A stretch of 64,000 nucleotides of DNA from Candidatus Peribacteria bacterium (GTDB lineage: Bacteria; Patescibacteriota; Gracilibacteria; Peribacterales; Peribacteraceae), in NCBI GenBank assembly GCA_023245935.1, contig JAHFJM010000001.1, positions 6,067-70,066 on the forward strand, given 5' to 3'. A program made the translations under genes and the position numbers. The notes under the pieces are model-generated. The model searched no databases and had not been told where the DNA came from. It saw only the letters and a program-made list of their open reading frames with translations. Shown in pieces: positions 48,140-57,462 of the stretch. Positions within the stretch are counted from its first letter, which is position 1. Each line of letters opens with the position of its first letter.

Positions 48140-49624
48140 TTATAACTTCTTTATTTTTTGCTCCTTCATCTCATCCCTCACTTCATACCCCAATTTTTTT
48201 ATTGCATCCCGCAGTCGATCAGATTCTTGAAAATCTTTTTTCGCACGAGCTGCTGCACGCGCATCGACAAGTGCCCGTACAGCAGAAGGAATCGCCTCAG
48301 CAATCTCCGACTCGAAGCAACCGAACGTATCGCGAATTTTCTGAATGAATTTCTGTAATGCAATTTTTGTCGGCTCATCAGGCGTGATCGATGCGTTCAT
48401 TTTGCGCATGCAATTATGAATGACAGCGAGTGCACCAGAAACGTTCAGATCCGTATCCATTGCAACGGAAAATTCATCATCAAATTCCTGAATATCGTTC
48501 ACCGAAACCGATGGCAATTTTGCACCCGGTTTTACAACGGGTGCGTACGCACCAACGCCTCCTTTTTTCATCCATTCAAGAATCGAACGCCTCGAATCGC
48601 GTGCCTGACCCAATCCTTCCCACGAGAACTTCAGATTCGTTCTGTAGTGCACCGAAAGAAGGTAATAGCGAAGATCGAGAGGTGAATATCCCTTTTCAAC
48701 CACTGCAGGAACACTTAACACGTTGCCAAGGCTCTTTGACATTTTCTCGCCTGCAAGGTCGATACGCCTCTTGTGGAGCCAGAATCGTGCGAATGGTTCC
48801 TTGAGACCGAAAGCGCAATCGCTCTGCGCAATCTCGCACTCATGGTGCGGGAAGATATTGTCTTCACCGCCGGTATGAAGATCGATCTCCTCCCCAAGAA
48901 TTTTTGCACTCATCGCGGAGCATTCGATATGCCAGCCGGGGAAACCGGATGCAGGATCCTCTCCCTCTGTCTCTGTGCGCTGACCCGTTTGGAATGACCA
49001 ACGAAGAAGATGATGACCGTTCGTTCCTACGCATTTTTTCCAGAGCGCAAAATCCGCCGGGTGACGCTTCGCTTCGTCGACTTTGATGCGTGCGCCTGCA
49101 TCGAGTTTGTCGAGCGTATTTCCGGAGAGCTTTCCGTACGGTTCAAACGTTTCCACGGAGAAATAGAAGCCGTCCGGAGTTTCGTACGCGTTCCCCTTCT
49201 CCAGAAGAGTGTTGATGATCGCAAGCATCTCCGGAATGTACTCCGTCGCACGCGGACGAGCCTCGGGCTCACGAATGTTGAGCGCTTTCTCGTCTTCCAG
49301 ATACTGCTGCGTATACCTCTTCGCAATCGCAAGAGGATCGGTCTTCTCCTGCTTCGCCTGCTTCTCAACTTTGTCTTCACCGTCATCACGGTCGGCAATC
49401 AGATGTCCGACATCCGTAATGTTCTTCACGTGCTTCACTTTGTAGCCATGTCCAACCTCCAACCAACGTCGCAGCAAATCCGCCATCAGGAAAGAGGAGT
49501 AATTTCCGATGTGCGGGCGACCGTAGACAGTCGGACCGCAGGTATACATCGTCACGACACCCGGCTTCAGGGGTTTGAAGTCCTCCTCATGCTTACTGAA
49601 GGTGTTGTAAAGGCGGAGAGGCAT
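48140..49624 (-). CDS. cysS: Cysteine--tRNA ligase
   Basis: YTCGPTVY..HIGN, PGWHIECSAM, FPHHECE and KMSKS motifs. Confidence 0.97.
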   Translation of the reverse strand: MPLRLYNTFSKHEEDFKPLKPGVVTMYTCGPTVYGRPHIGNYSSFLMADLLRRWLEVGHGYKVKHVKNITDVGHLIADRDDGEDKVEKQAKQEKTDPLAIAKRYTQQYLEDEKALNIREPEARPRATEYIPEMLAIINTLLEKGNAYETPDGFYFSVETFEPYGKLSGNTLDKLDAGARIKVDEAKRHPADFALWKKCVGTNGHHLLRWSFQTGQRTETEGEDPASGFPGWHIECSAMSAKILGEEIDLHTGGEDNIFPHHECEIAQSDCAFGLKEPFARFWLHKRRIDLAGEKMSKSLGNVLSVPAVVEKGYSPLDLRYYLLSVHYRTNLKFSWEGLGQARDSRRSILEWMKKGGVGAYAPVVKPGAKLPSVSVNDIQEFDDEFSVAMDTDLNVSGALAVIHNCMRKMNASITPDEPTKIALQKFIQKIRDTFGCFESEIAEAIPSAVRALVDARAAARAKKDFQESDRLRDAIKKLGYEVRDEMKEQKIKKL

Positions 49625-49634
49625 ACGTGGTAGG

Positions 49635-50708
49635 TTACGCAACCGTCACCTCTTTGCAGAGGTACACCGACTGAATGGCATTGAGGATCTCGATACCGTC
49701 TTTCTTCGGCTTCTGGAAGGCTTTGCGACCGGAAATGAGACCGGTACCGCCTGCGCGCTTGTTGATGACGGCAGTCGCGACTGCGGCGGCGAGATCGTTC
49801 TTCCCGGATTCGCCGCCGGAGTTGATGAGACCGATTCTGCCCATGTACCCGTTTGCCACCTGGTAACGACAGAGATCGATCGGATGATCGGAACAGAGCT
49901 CTGTGTACATGCGCTCGTCGAGTTTTCCGTAACTGCTGTTTCCCGTATTCAACGCCTTGAAACCGCCATTCAACGTCGGCAGTTTCTGCTTCACGATATC
50001 GGCTTCGATCGTCACACCGAGGTGGTTCGCCTGCCCCGTGAGATCGGCGGCATTGTGATAATCTTTTCCATCGATCTTGAACCCGCTGTTTCGGAGGTAG
50101 CACCAGAGCACCGTGAACATGCCGAGGGCATGTGCTTCGCGGAAGGCTTTTGCGACCTCCACAATCTGGCGGCCGCTGTCGGCGGATCCAAAGTAGATCG
50201 TCGCACCGACACCGAGCGCGCCCATGTTCTTCGCCTCTTCGACCGTCCCGAACATGATCTGCTCGAACTTGTTCGGATGCGTGAGGAGTTCGTTGTGATT
50301 GATTTTGACGATGAAGGGAATTTTTTCAGCATATTTCTTTGCGACGATTCCAAGAACTCCGAACGTGGAAGCAACAGCATTACATCCTCCATCGATGGCT
50401 AATTTCACGATGTTTTCCGGATCGAAGTAATCAGGATTCTTCGCAAAACTTGCGCCTCCCGAGTGCTCGATGCCCTGGTCGACGGGAAGAATCGACAGGT
50501 ACCCCGTTCCCTTCAAATTACCCGTATCCATCATCTGCTGAAGGCTCTTCTGCGTTGCCGCACTCCTGTCCGACTGGCTGAAAATATCCTTCACGAACGA
50601 ACCCCGCGGAAGATGAAGGCGCTCTTTTCCGATCTTCGGATTTGAGAAACCGAGGAGGGAATCGGACTGGTCACCGAGAGCGGATTGGATCTGGGAGAAA
50701 GAGAGCAT
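49635..50708 (-). CDS. fbaB: Class I fructose-bisphosphate aldolase
   Basis: [19 protein letters not shown] and [10 protein letters not shown] motifs. Confidence 0.95.
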   Translation of the reverse strand: MLSFSQIQSALGDQSDSLLGFSNPKIGKERLHLPRGSFVKDIFSQSDRSAATQKSLQQMMDTGNLKGTGYLSILPVDQGIEHSGGASFAKNPDYFDPENIVKLAIDGGCNAVASTFGVLGIVAKKYAEKIPFIVKINHNELLTHPNKFEQIMFGTVEEAKNMGALGVGATIYFGSADSGRQIVEVAKAFREAHALGMFTVLWCYLRNSGFKIDGKDYHNAADLTGQANHLGVTIEADIVKQKLPTLNGGFKALNTGNSSYGKLDERMYTELCSDHPIDLCRYQVANGYMGRIGLINSGGESGKNDLAAAVATAVINKRAGGTGLISGRKAFQKPKKDGIEILNAIQSVYLCKEVTVA

Positions 50709-50773
50709 GGGGGCGGGGGAGATTGATTTGAGTATAACATGCAATAAATAATACTTCGATTTTCAGAGGTTCC

Positions 50774-52018
50774 TTATTTCTTCTTCATCACCACCCACTG
50801 CTGTCCTATTCCAAACAGTGTGGATACTCCCCAGTACAGAGACACCGCGACCGGGAACTTGAGAGCGAAGAAACCGATCATGAACGGAAGAATGTAGGTC
50901 ATGATCGTCTGCTGATCCATATCGATCAACGGTTTTTTCCCTGCAGGCTTCACGACGATTTCATTCGCCGGCTTCTTCTTCCTGCCGAGCATCATCCGCA
51001 TCTGGACAAACTGCAATGCAACGAGGAGTACCGGAAAAACGACGTAACTCGGCTTCAGGAGATCGAATCCGAACAAACTGTTGCCCAGATAATTCGCAGG
51101 AAGATGGCTGTAGAACGAGTACAGAAGATGCTGCGACGTCGCGATCGTCACGCCGTTCTTGATGACATAGAAGAGTCCGATGAGGATGGGGAACTGCAGC
51201 AGCGTCGGCAGACACGATTGCAGCGGATTGATCTTCTGTTCCTTCCAAAGTTTCATCGTCTCTTCCTGAATGCGTTTCATATCGCCCGGATATTTTTTCT
51301 TGATCTCCTCCATCTGCGGCTGAATATCCTGGATTTTCTTCTGTCCCTGCAGCGCATGCTGATTCGGGACGAGCAGCAGAATCTTCACGAGAATCGTCAG
51401 GACAATAATGGCAAGACCGAGATTGTGTCCCGGCATGAACGATGCGATGAAGAGAAGACCGTTGAAGAGCGGCTTCGTCACGAACGTGCGGAAGACTTTG
51501 GTGATGAATCCCGGCTCCACGACGGAGAACGCAGCGGAAAGACGCGCGCCTGTTCCCGCCTGTACAAAGTCATCCGGCAGATCGAGAGTGGCTTCGTAAT
51601 CACCCGTACGCTCGAATAAGACATACTTCCAGCCTGCAAGGCTGATGGTTGCCGTCCCGTGAGCTTTCACGGAACTCAGCTCCGTGCACGGAAGCACCGA
51701 GCTGTTTGCGATGAGATCGGAGCGGTTTTCACTGCCATCGGAACGGTGCTCGATGTAGGCAATGTCGACCGGAGGTTGGGGGCAACGAGCAGGGAGCGGA
51801 AGATCTTTGTCCGTATCGTTTCGGATCAGTATCACCGGATCATTGCCGACACTCACGTGCTTGCTCTGAGCGGAAAGAGTCACCGAGGGCTTCTTCTGTT
51901 CCGCCGAACCGAACTGCCTCGGAAAGAAATGCGAGAGAGCCGCATTCGTCACAAAATAGATCACGAGGAAGATCGCAATGAATTCGAGAATCGATGTCTT
52001 GGACTTCTGATCAGCCAC
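50774..52018 (-). CDS. yidC: Membrane protein insertase YidC
   Basis: GLAIIVLTILVK, NPLQSCLPTLLQFPI and SLYW motifs. Downstream of rnpA; start (GTG) uncertain. Confidence 0.92.
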   Translation of the reverse strand: MADQKSKTSILEFIAIFLVIYFVTNAALSHFFPRQFGSAEQKKPSVTLSAQSKHVSVGNDPVILIRNDTDKDLPLPARCPQPPVDIAYIEHRSDGSENRSDLIANSSVLPCTELSSVKAHGTATISLAGWKYVLFERTGDYEATLDLPDDFVQAGTGARLSAAFSVVEPGFITKVFRTFVTKPLFNGLLFIASFMPGHNLGLAIIVLTILVKILLLVPNQHALQGQKKIQDIQPQMEEIKKKYPGDMKRIQEETMKLWKEQKINPLQSCLPTLLQFPILIGLFYVIKNGVTIATSQHLLYSFYSHLPANYLGNSLFGFDLLKPSYVVFPVLLVALQFVQMRMMLGRKKKPANEIVVKPAGKKPLIDMDQQTIMTYILPFMIGFFALKFPVAVSLYWGVSTLFGIGQQWVVMKKK

Positions 52019-52412
52019 GTGAAGAGAGGAAAGAAAGAAGGTGCTTGGCGTCGGCAAGAATCTCGCCGAAAGGCGAAGATAGGCTAGAGGAACGAGGGAG
52101 GATCAGCAACTGTGCGGAGAGTTGGGGACGGGGGTTGGGGACTGGGGTTTGGGTGAAGGCTTGGGGAGTATCTCGAAGCGTGATTCGCAGAGCTTCTCTG
52201 CAACGACGGCGCATGCGATTGCGTTTGACTGCAGACTTATGAAGCCTTGTTGAAGTAAGAATGCCCACAAAAATTGCGGGGGGCGTCGTGTCCGGAAGAT
52301 TTCTCGGAAGCCCATGCAGAATACGCACTTGCATGTGTTTCCCCCTCCAGAGAATGCCTTTGGTTTTCACACGCTCGCAGACTTTGCGACCGGAGAGGCG
52401 ACGAAGTTTCAT
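52011..52412 (-). CDS. rnpA: Ribonuclease P protein component
   Basis: KSAVKRNRMRRRCRE (RNR motif). Contains a repeat-derived insert TQTPVPNPRPQ. Confidence 0.88.
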   Translation of the reverse strand: MKLRRLSGRKVCERVKTKGILWRGKHMQVRILHGLPRNLPDTTPPAIFVGILTSTRLHKSAVKRNRMRRRCREALRITLRDTPQAFTQTPVPNPRPQLSAQLLILPRSSSLSSPFGEILADAKHLLSFLSSRG

Positions 52413-52486
52413 TGCGTAACAGCATAGAGCGAATAGTTCGCTCACCGCTACCCGCTTCTAGATTTTTGTTCTATTCTCCGTCATGC

Positions 52487-52783
52487 ATGACCTCCCTCAC
52501 CAAAGAACAGGTTCTCCATATCGCGAAGCTTGCACGACTCACTCTGACGTCAGACGAAGTCACCAACATGACAAAGGAACTTTCCTCGATTTTGGGGTAT
52601 GTTGAAGTCTTAAACGAGGTAAATACATCCAACGTTGAGCCGACGGCACAAGTCACAGGACTGAAGAACGCTTTGCGGGAAGATACGGTGCACGCAAGCG
52701 AAGCGACGCCCGACAGTCTCCTCGCCGCCTCCCCTCTTCCGATCGTCGAGCACCAGATACAGGCTCCGCATGCACACGGATAA
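52487..52783 (+). CDS. gatC: Asp/Glu-tRNA amidotransferase subunit C
   Basis: EQVLHIAKLARL, VEPT and LRED motifs. Confidence 0.93.
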   Translation: MTSLTKEQVLHIAKLARLTLTSDEVTNMTKELSSILGYVEVLNEVNTSNVEPTAQVTGLKNALREDTVHASEATPDSLLAASPLPIVEHQIQAPHAHG

Positions 52784-52785
52784 TC

Positions 52786-54243
52786 ATGCTCTCCGCTCTC
52801 ACCATCTCACAGGCGCATGACAAACTGAAGAAGAAAGAAATTTCTTCGGTCGAACTGACAACATCCTGCATCGAACGCATCGAGTCGGTCGACAAGAAAC
52901 TGAATGCAGTCGTGCATCGAAATTTCGACCGAGCCCTGATCGAAGCCAAAAAAATTGATACAGCAGGTAAATTTGATACGCCGCTTACAGGCATCCCCTA
53001 CCTCGCAAAAGACGTGTACTGCGAAGCGGGCATTCCAACGACGGCCTGCTCAAACATGCTTCGAAATAAAGATTATATTCCACCATTCGACTCGACGACG
53101 ACGAAACGGTTGAAAGCAGCCGGAGCCATCAGTATCGGAAAGACAAACACCGATGAGTTTACGATGGGCGCCTCGACGGAAACTTCCTGTTACGGTGTCA
53201 CCAGAAATCCATGGGATACAAGTCGAGTTGCCGGAGGATCCTCAGGAGGATCTGCTGCTGCAGTTTCTGCAGATGAAGCACTCTTCGCACTCGGCACCGA
53301 CACGGGAGGATCGATCAGACAACCGGCAAGCTTCTGCGGTATTTCCGGCATTCGGCCGACATACGGTCGCACCAGCCGTTACGGCGTGATGAGTATGGCG
53401 AGTTCTCTCGACACCATCGGACCGATGTGCAAATCGATTGAGGATCTTGCGATTGTTCTCGAAGCAATTGCAGGAAAAGACATGATGGACGGAACAACGT
53501 CGGAAAAACCTGTAGAACCTTATAGCAAGCTTCTCAGGAAAGACGTACAGGGCCTAAGGATAGGGCTCCCGAAGGAATATTTTATCGACGGTATCCACCC
53601 TGACGTGGAGCAATGTGTACGTGCGGCAACCGAGACAATGAAGAGTCTCGGAGCCAAGATTGTCGATATCTCATTGCCACATACGAAGTACGCCGTCGCG
53701 ACGTACTACATCCTCTGCCCCTGCGAGGTGAGCTCGAATATGGCACGGTACGACGGAATCCGGTACGGGCACACGCCGAACAAGCCGAAAGATCTGATCG
53801 ATTACTACCAACGTGCAAGAAGCGAGGGCTTCGGTGCGGAAGTGAAGCGTCGCATCATGATTGGAACGTACGCGCTGTCCGCCGGATACTACGATGCGTA
53901 CTATGTGAAGGCGCAAAAAGTACGAACACTCATCCGGAAAGATTTTGATGACGCATTTTCAAAGGTTGATCTTATCCTGTCACCCGTCTCACCTCACACG
54001 GCTTTCACCATCGGCGCCAATAGCAATGATCCGGTTGCGATGTATCTGGAGGACGTCTTTACAATTGCACAAGTGATGGCAGGCATTCCATGCCTCTCAG
54101 TCCCCTGCGGGTACAGTAAGGAAGGGCTTCCGATAGGGCTCCAGATGATGGGACCGCAGTGGGGGGAAGCAGGGCTCCTCAGTGCCGCATACGCGTATCA
54201 GAACGCAACGGAATGGCAGAGAAAAAAACCTCACGTATCTTAA
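52786..54243 (+). CDS. gatA: Asp/Glu-tRNA amidotransferase subunit A
   Basis: GKTNTDEFTMG, GGSSGGSAAAV, GTDTGGSIRQPA and EVKRRIMIG motifs. Confidence 0.97.
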   Translation: MLSALTISQAHDKLKKKEISSVELTTSCIERIESVDKKLNAVVHRNFDRALIEAKKIDTAGKFDTPLTGIPYLAKDVYCEAGIPTTACSNMLRNKDYIPPFDSTTTKRLKAAGAISIGKTNTDEFTMGASTETSCYGVTRNPWDTSRVAGGSSGGSAAAVSADEALFALGTDTGGSIRQPASFCGISGIRPTYGRTSRYGVMSMASSLDTIGPMCKSIEDLAIVLEAIAGKDMMDGTTSEKPVEPYSKLLRKDVQGLRIGLPKEYFIDGIHPDVEQCVRAATETMKSLGAKIVDISLPHTKYAVATYYILCPCEVSSNMARYDGIRYGHTPNKPKDLIDYYQRARSEGFGAEVKRRIMIGTYALSAGYYDAYYVKAQKVRTLIRKDFDDAFSKVDLILSPVSPHTAFTIGANSNDPVAMYLEDVFTIAQVMAGIPCLSVPCGYSKEGLPIGLQMMGPQWGEAGLLSAAYAYQNATEWQRKKPHVS

Positions 54244-55769
54244 AAGGCACCCGGGACATCCGCTGAATACACCTTGCCGCTGTCGAAGACCGTTCCGAAC
54301 ATCCAGAGCCGATTCTTGAATGAAAGAATTGTGTGATATCGCAGAGGCAGCCAACAGGGGCTGATGGATGACTTGCCCCAATGGATGCCGTCAAGCGACG
54401 AGAGAACCGTTTTGAAGCAATCAGGATGCGAGATCGTAGCGGCTGCAGAAGGCGCATTTCCGATGGCAAGGAGGTACTTGCCATGAACGACGAGCATGCC
54501 GGGGTTTGCCACGTACTGATCCGTCGTGAGCCACGCCGGAAGAATGCTCTTTGACTGCAAACCGCCGCCTGCTCCATCATCGGAACTCAGAACGGAACGA
54601 CCGTTGATCATCCACGCCTTACCCAGAAACGTCACCATGGAACTCCCAAAAAGGGATCCGACAGGCTTCCATGAAGACTCTGCATTCGCAAGGGAGTGAA
54701 TTTTTGTGTTACCGATAAAGAGTTTTCCGTTCAGGACATAGAGCGATTGGTTATGGACATACAGATCGCCCGGAGTTTCCGGACCGTCCTGCCATGTGAC
54801 ACCGTCTGACGAATGCAATGTTCTGTGAATGTAACAACTTGTCTGCGATCCGCAATTCGACCCTCCGACGATCCAGAGTTCTCCGTTCCATTCGATGGCA
54901 CCGGCACCGTAGACGCTGTAGGGAAGCGTCCCCACCTGAGACCACTCCTTGCCGTCGGAGGTCGCATACACTTTGTTCATGATGCCGGCACCCGCCGGAT
55001 CGTATCCCCCGATCGCCCACATTTTCCCAAGGGCGACGGCGAATGTGAAATCCCGTGTCGTCGAAGGAATGGAAGGTTCGGCAGTCCATGGCAGTGAAAG
55101 TGGTGGCGGAGCGTTCTCGACAACGCAAAGATTGCTGCAGCCGTCGCCGTTGTTCGTATTTCCATCGTCGCACTCCTCGGTATTCTCAAGAGTATTGCTG
55201 CCGCATCCGACGATGCGGTGACAGCCGCCGTCGCAACCAAGCGTGCCGTCACACTGTTCTCCCGATTCCACTTTGTTGTTGCCACAGACGGGAGCAATCG
55301 TACAGACGCTCGGGCTCCCGCCGGAACAGAGAAACCGGGGTTCGACTGCACACTGAGGGCTGCAACCATCGCCGCTCGCCGCGTTCCCGTCGTCACACTG
55401 CTCACTCGATTCGACCGTACCATTGCCGCAGACGGCACTGAGGAATGAGCGGATGCTCTGGATCAGCAGCCTGAGATCGCTGCGATCGGTCGTGCCACTT
55501 GAATCAAGATCATACGCAAGGTCATGAACCGCCATTGCACGGATCATGTTCGAGACAGCTTTGCGCATTTCACGAACCGAGAGGGTGCCATTATGATCAG
55601 TATCCGCGAGGGTCAGCACACGATCGTCGGTGAGGGAACCCTTGAGAACATGCGTTGAAGACGAGAATGTGAAGATCAGTCCGATCGTTGCAAGAAGTAC
55701 CAGAGAAATCAGAACAAGCCGAGAGCGGAGGAGAATCGAGAAAGTCATAGAGATCGTTGTTTTTTGCAT
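54240..55769 (-). CDS. Surface protein: TM anchor, dockerin/EF-hand-like pair, Cys-rich DUF4215-type repeats, Kelch-like propeller
   Basis: DTDHNGTLS..E and DLDSSGTTDRSDL loops, CGNG..E..EQCDDGN repeats, WAIGG/WIVGG repeats. Start may be 55748. Confidence 0.85.
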   Translation of the reverse strand: MQKTTISMTFSILLRSRLVLISLVLLATIGLIFTFSSSTHVLKGSLTDDRVLTLADTDHNGTLSVREMRKAVSNMIRAMAVHDLAYDLDSSGTTDRSDLRLLIQSIRSFLSAVCGNGTVESSEQCDDGNAASGDGCSPQCAVEPRFLCSGGSPSVCTIAPVCGNNKVESGEQCDGTLGCDGGCHRIVGCGSNTLENTEECDDGNTNNGDGCSNLCVVENAPPPLSLPWTAEPSIPSTTRDFTFAVALGKMWAIGGYDPAGAGIMNKVYATSDGKEWSQVGTLPYSVYGAGAIEWNGELWIVGGSNCGSQTSCYIHRTLHSSDGVTWQDGPETPGDLYVHNQSLYVLNGKLFIGNTKIHSLANAESSWKPVGSLFGSSMVTFLGKAWMINGRSVLSSDDGAGGGLQSKSILPAWLTTDQYVANPGMLVVHGKYLLAIGNAPSAAATISHPDCFKTVLSSLDGIHWGKSSISPCWLPLRYHTILSFKNRLWMFGTVFDSGKVYSADVPGAF

Positions 55770-55790
55770 AAAATAATCTCCACAGTATTA

Positions 55791-57356
55791 CTAGCAACCA
55801 GAGACAATCTCTGACGTATTGTTCTGAAGATTAGGATCGTAAAGATCCGTCTCTACCGTTGCTCTCGGACCTCCGCATGCTATGCTATGATGGTCGAAAG
55901 CTGCCCACTCGACGATGCTCTGACCAGGTGAGATCACTGATCCCTTGCTATCGTAGATGAATACTCCGTTCTGAATATAGCCTCCAGGCGTAGATTCCGG
56001 TAGAAAGAGTGTCCATCCGGGAGGAACTGGCATGGAAACCTTGTAAGAGGCAGACGCAGGACCATCATTGGTCACCACCATCCCGAAAACCAGTTCATCG
56101 CCACTTCTTGAAAAGCCAAATTTGACCGATAGATCAGCTGTATGTTGAGGATCTTCATACACGCATTCTGCGCTGCAACGATCACCGTTCTGGATATTAT
56201 GATCATCACATTGTTCCGTACCTTCTTTAATCCCGTCTCCGCAGGTGGGGTTCCTCCCGCATCTATTGCTACAGGCATCATCATTGATCGTATTGCCGTC
56301 ATCGCATGCTTCACCTGGTTCGACGATGCTGTTACCACAGAGGTAACACCGATTCGGCTGTTCATTCGTGCATGAATAGGAAGGTTCGAAAGCACACGCA
56401 GAGCTGCAACCGTCACCGTCAGCGATATTCCCGTCATCACACTTTTCCAGGGCCTCTCTCACGCCATTGCCGCAGATGGGAATCGTACAGGCATTTGAAC
56501 AAGTGTAGGGGGTGCTCATTGGATCACACTGCTCGCCTTCCTGCACAATGCCGTCACCGCAACGCGGAGTGGCGCACGCATTCGTACACGCATCATCGTT
56601 CACCTGATTCCCATCATCACATGTTTCGTGAGAGTCCTTTATTCCATCTCCGCAGACAATTTTCTCGCAGTCGTCATTGCAGGCCGGCTTGCCGACATCG
56701 TTGCCATCGCATTGCTCATGACCGATCCAAACGATCTGATCGCCGCAGACAGGTTTCTTGCATGCAATCGTACAATCGTCGGTAGAAATCTGGTTCCCGT
56801 CATCACACTGCTCGTCATTTGAGATCTGAGGAATCCCATCACCGCAGAATGGAAGTGAGCAACGATTTGAGCAAGCATCGTCATTGATGGTATTGCCATC
56901 ATCACACGCTTCGGAAGAACCCTGTCTCACGCCATCGCCACAGACAGGACGCTTGCAGAGATTGCTGCAACTATCGTCGTTATCCTGGTTGCCATCATCA
57001 CACTGCTCGTCGAATTCCTTACGCGAATTCCCGCAGACTGCATTCAAGTAGAGACGCATGCTTTGGATAAGCAATTTGAGATCCATGCGATCTGTGACAC
57101 CGCTCCGGTTCAAATCGTACGTCAGATCATGCGTCGCAATCGCACGAATCATTCCCGAGATCACTTTGCGCATCTCTTTTGCAGACATCGATCCGTCCTT
57201 CGGAGTGGTATCGGCAAGGACAAGAACACGATCGTCAGTAAGGTTCCCCTGAAGAATATGCATTGATGGCGAGACTGCGAAGATGAATCCGACTGTCGCA
57301 AGCAGAGTCAGAGAAATCAGAACGAGCCGGGAGCGGAAGATGTGAGGAATGGTCAT
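55791..57356 (-). CDS. Surface protein: TM anchor, dockerin/EF-hand-like pair, ~9 Cys-rich repeats, DUF11-like Ig domain
   Basis: CGDG..EQCDDGN..DDAC repeats and ADLSV..VTNDGP..DPNLQNN. Confidence 0.85.
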   Translation of the reverse strand: MTIPHIFRSRLVLISLTLLATVGFIFAVSPSMHILQGNLTDDRVLVLADTTPKDGSMSAKEMRKVISGMIRAIATHDLTYDLNRSGVTDRMDLKLLIQSMRLYLNAVCGNSRKEFDEQCDDGNQDNDDSCSNLCKRPVCGDGVRQGSSEACDDGNTINDDACSNRCSLPFCGDGIPQISNDEQCDDGNQISTDDCTIACKKPVCGDQIVWIGHEQCDGNDVGKPACNDDCEKIVCGDGIKDSHETCDDGNQVNDDACTNACATPRCGDGIVQEGEQCDPMSTPYTCSNACTIPICGNGVREALEKCDDGNIADGDGCSSACAFEPSYSCTNEQPNRCYLCGNSIVEPGEACDDGNTINDDACSNRCGRNPTCGDGIKEGTEQCDDHNIQNGDRCSAECVYEDPQHTADLSVKFGFSRSGDELVFGMVVTNDGPASASYKVSMPVPPGWTLFLPESTPGGYIQNGVFIYDSKGSVISPGQSIVEWAAFDHHSIACGGPRATVETDLYDPNLQNNTSEIVSGC

Positions 57357-57462
57357 GGAGATCGTTGTTTCTTTTACAAGAAACAATCCTCTTATTTTAG
57401 CAGAAATAAGGCAAAAAAACAATATTCAGACCGGCATAACCGGAAGAGGAACTCCCACACTG

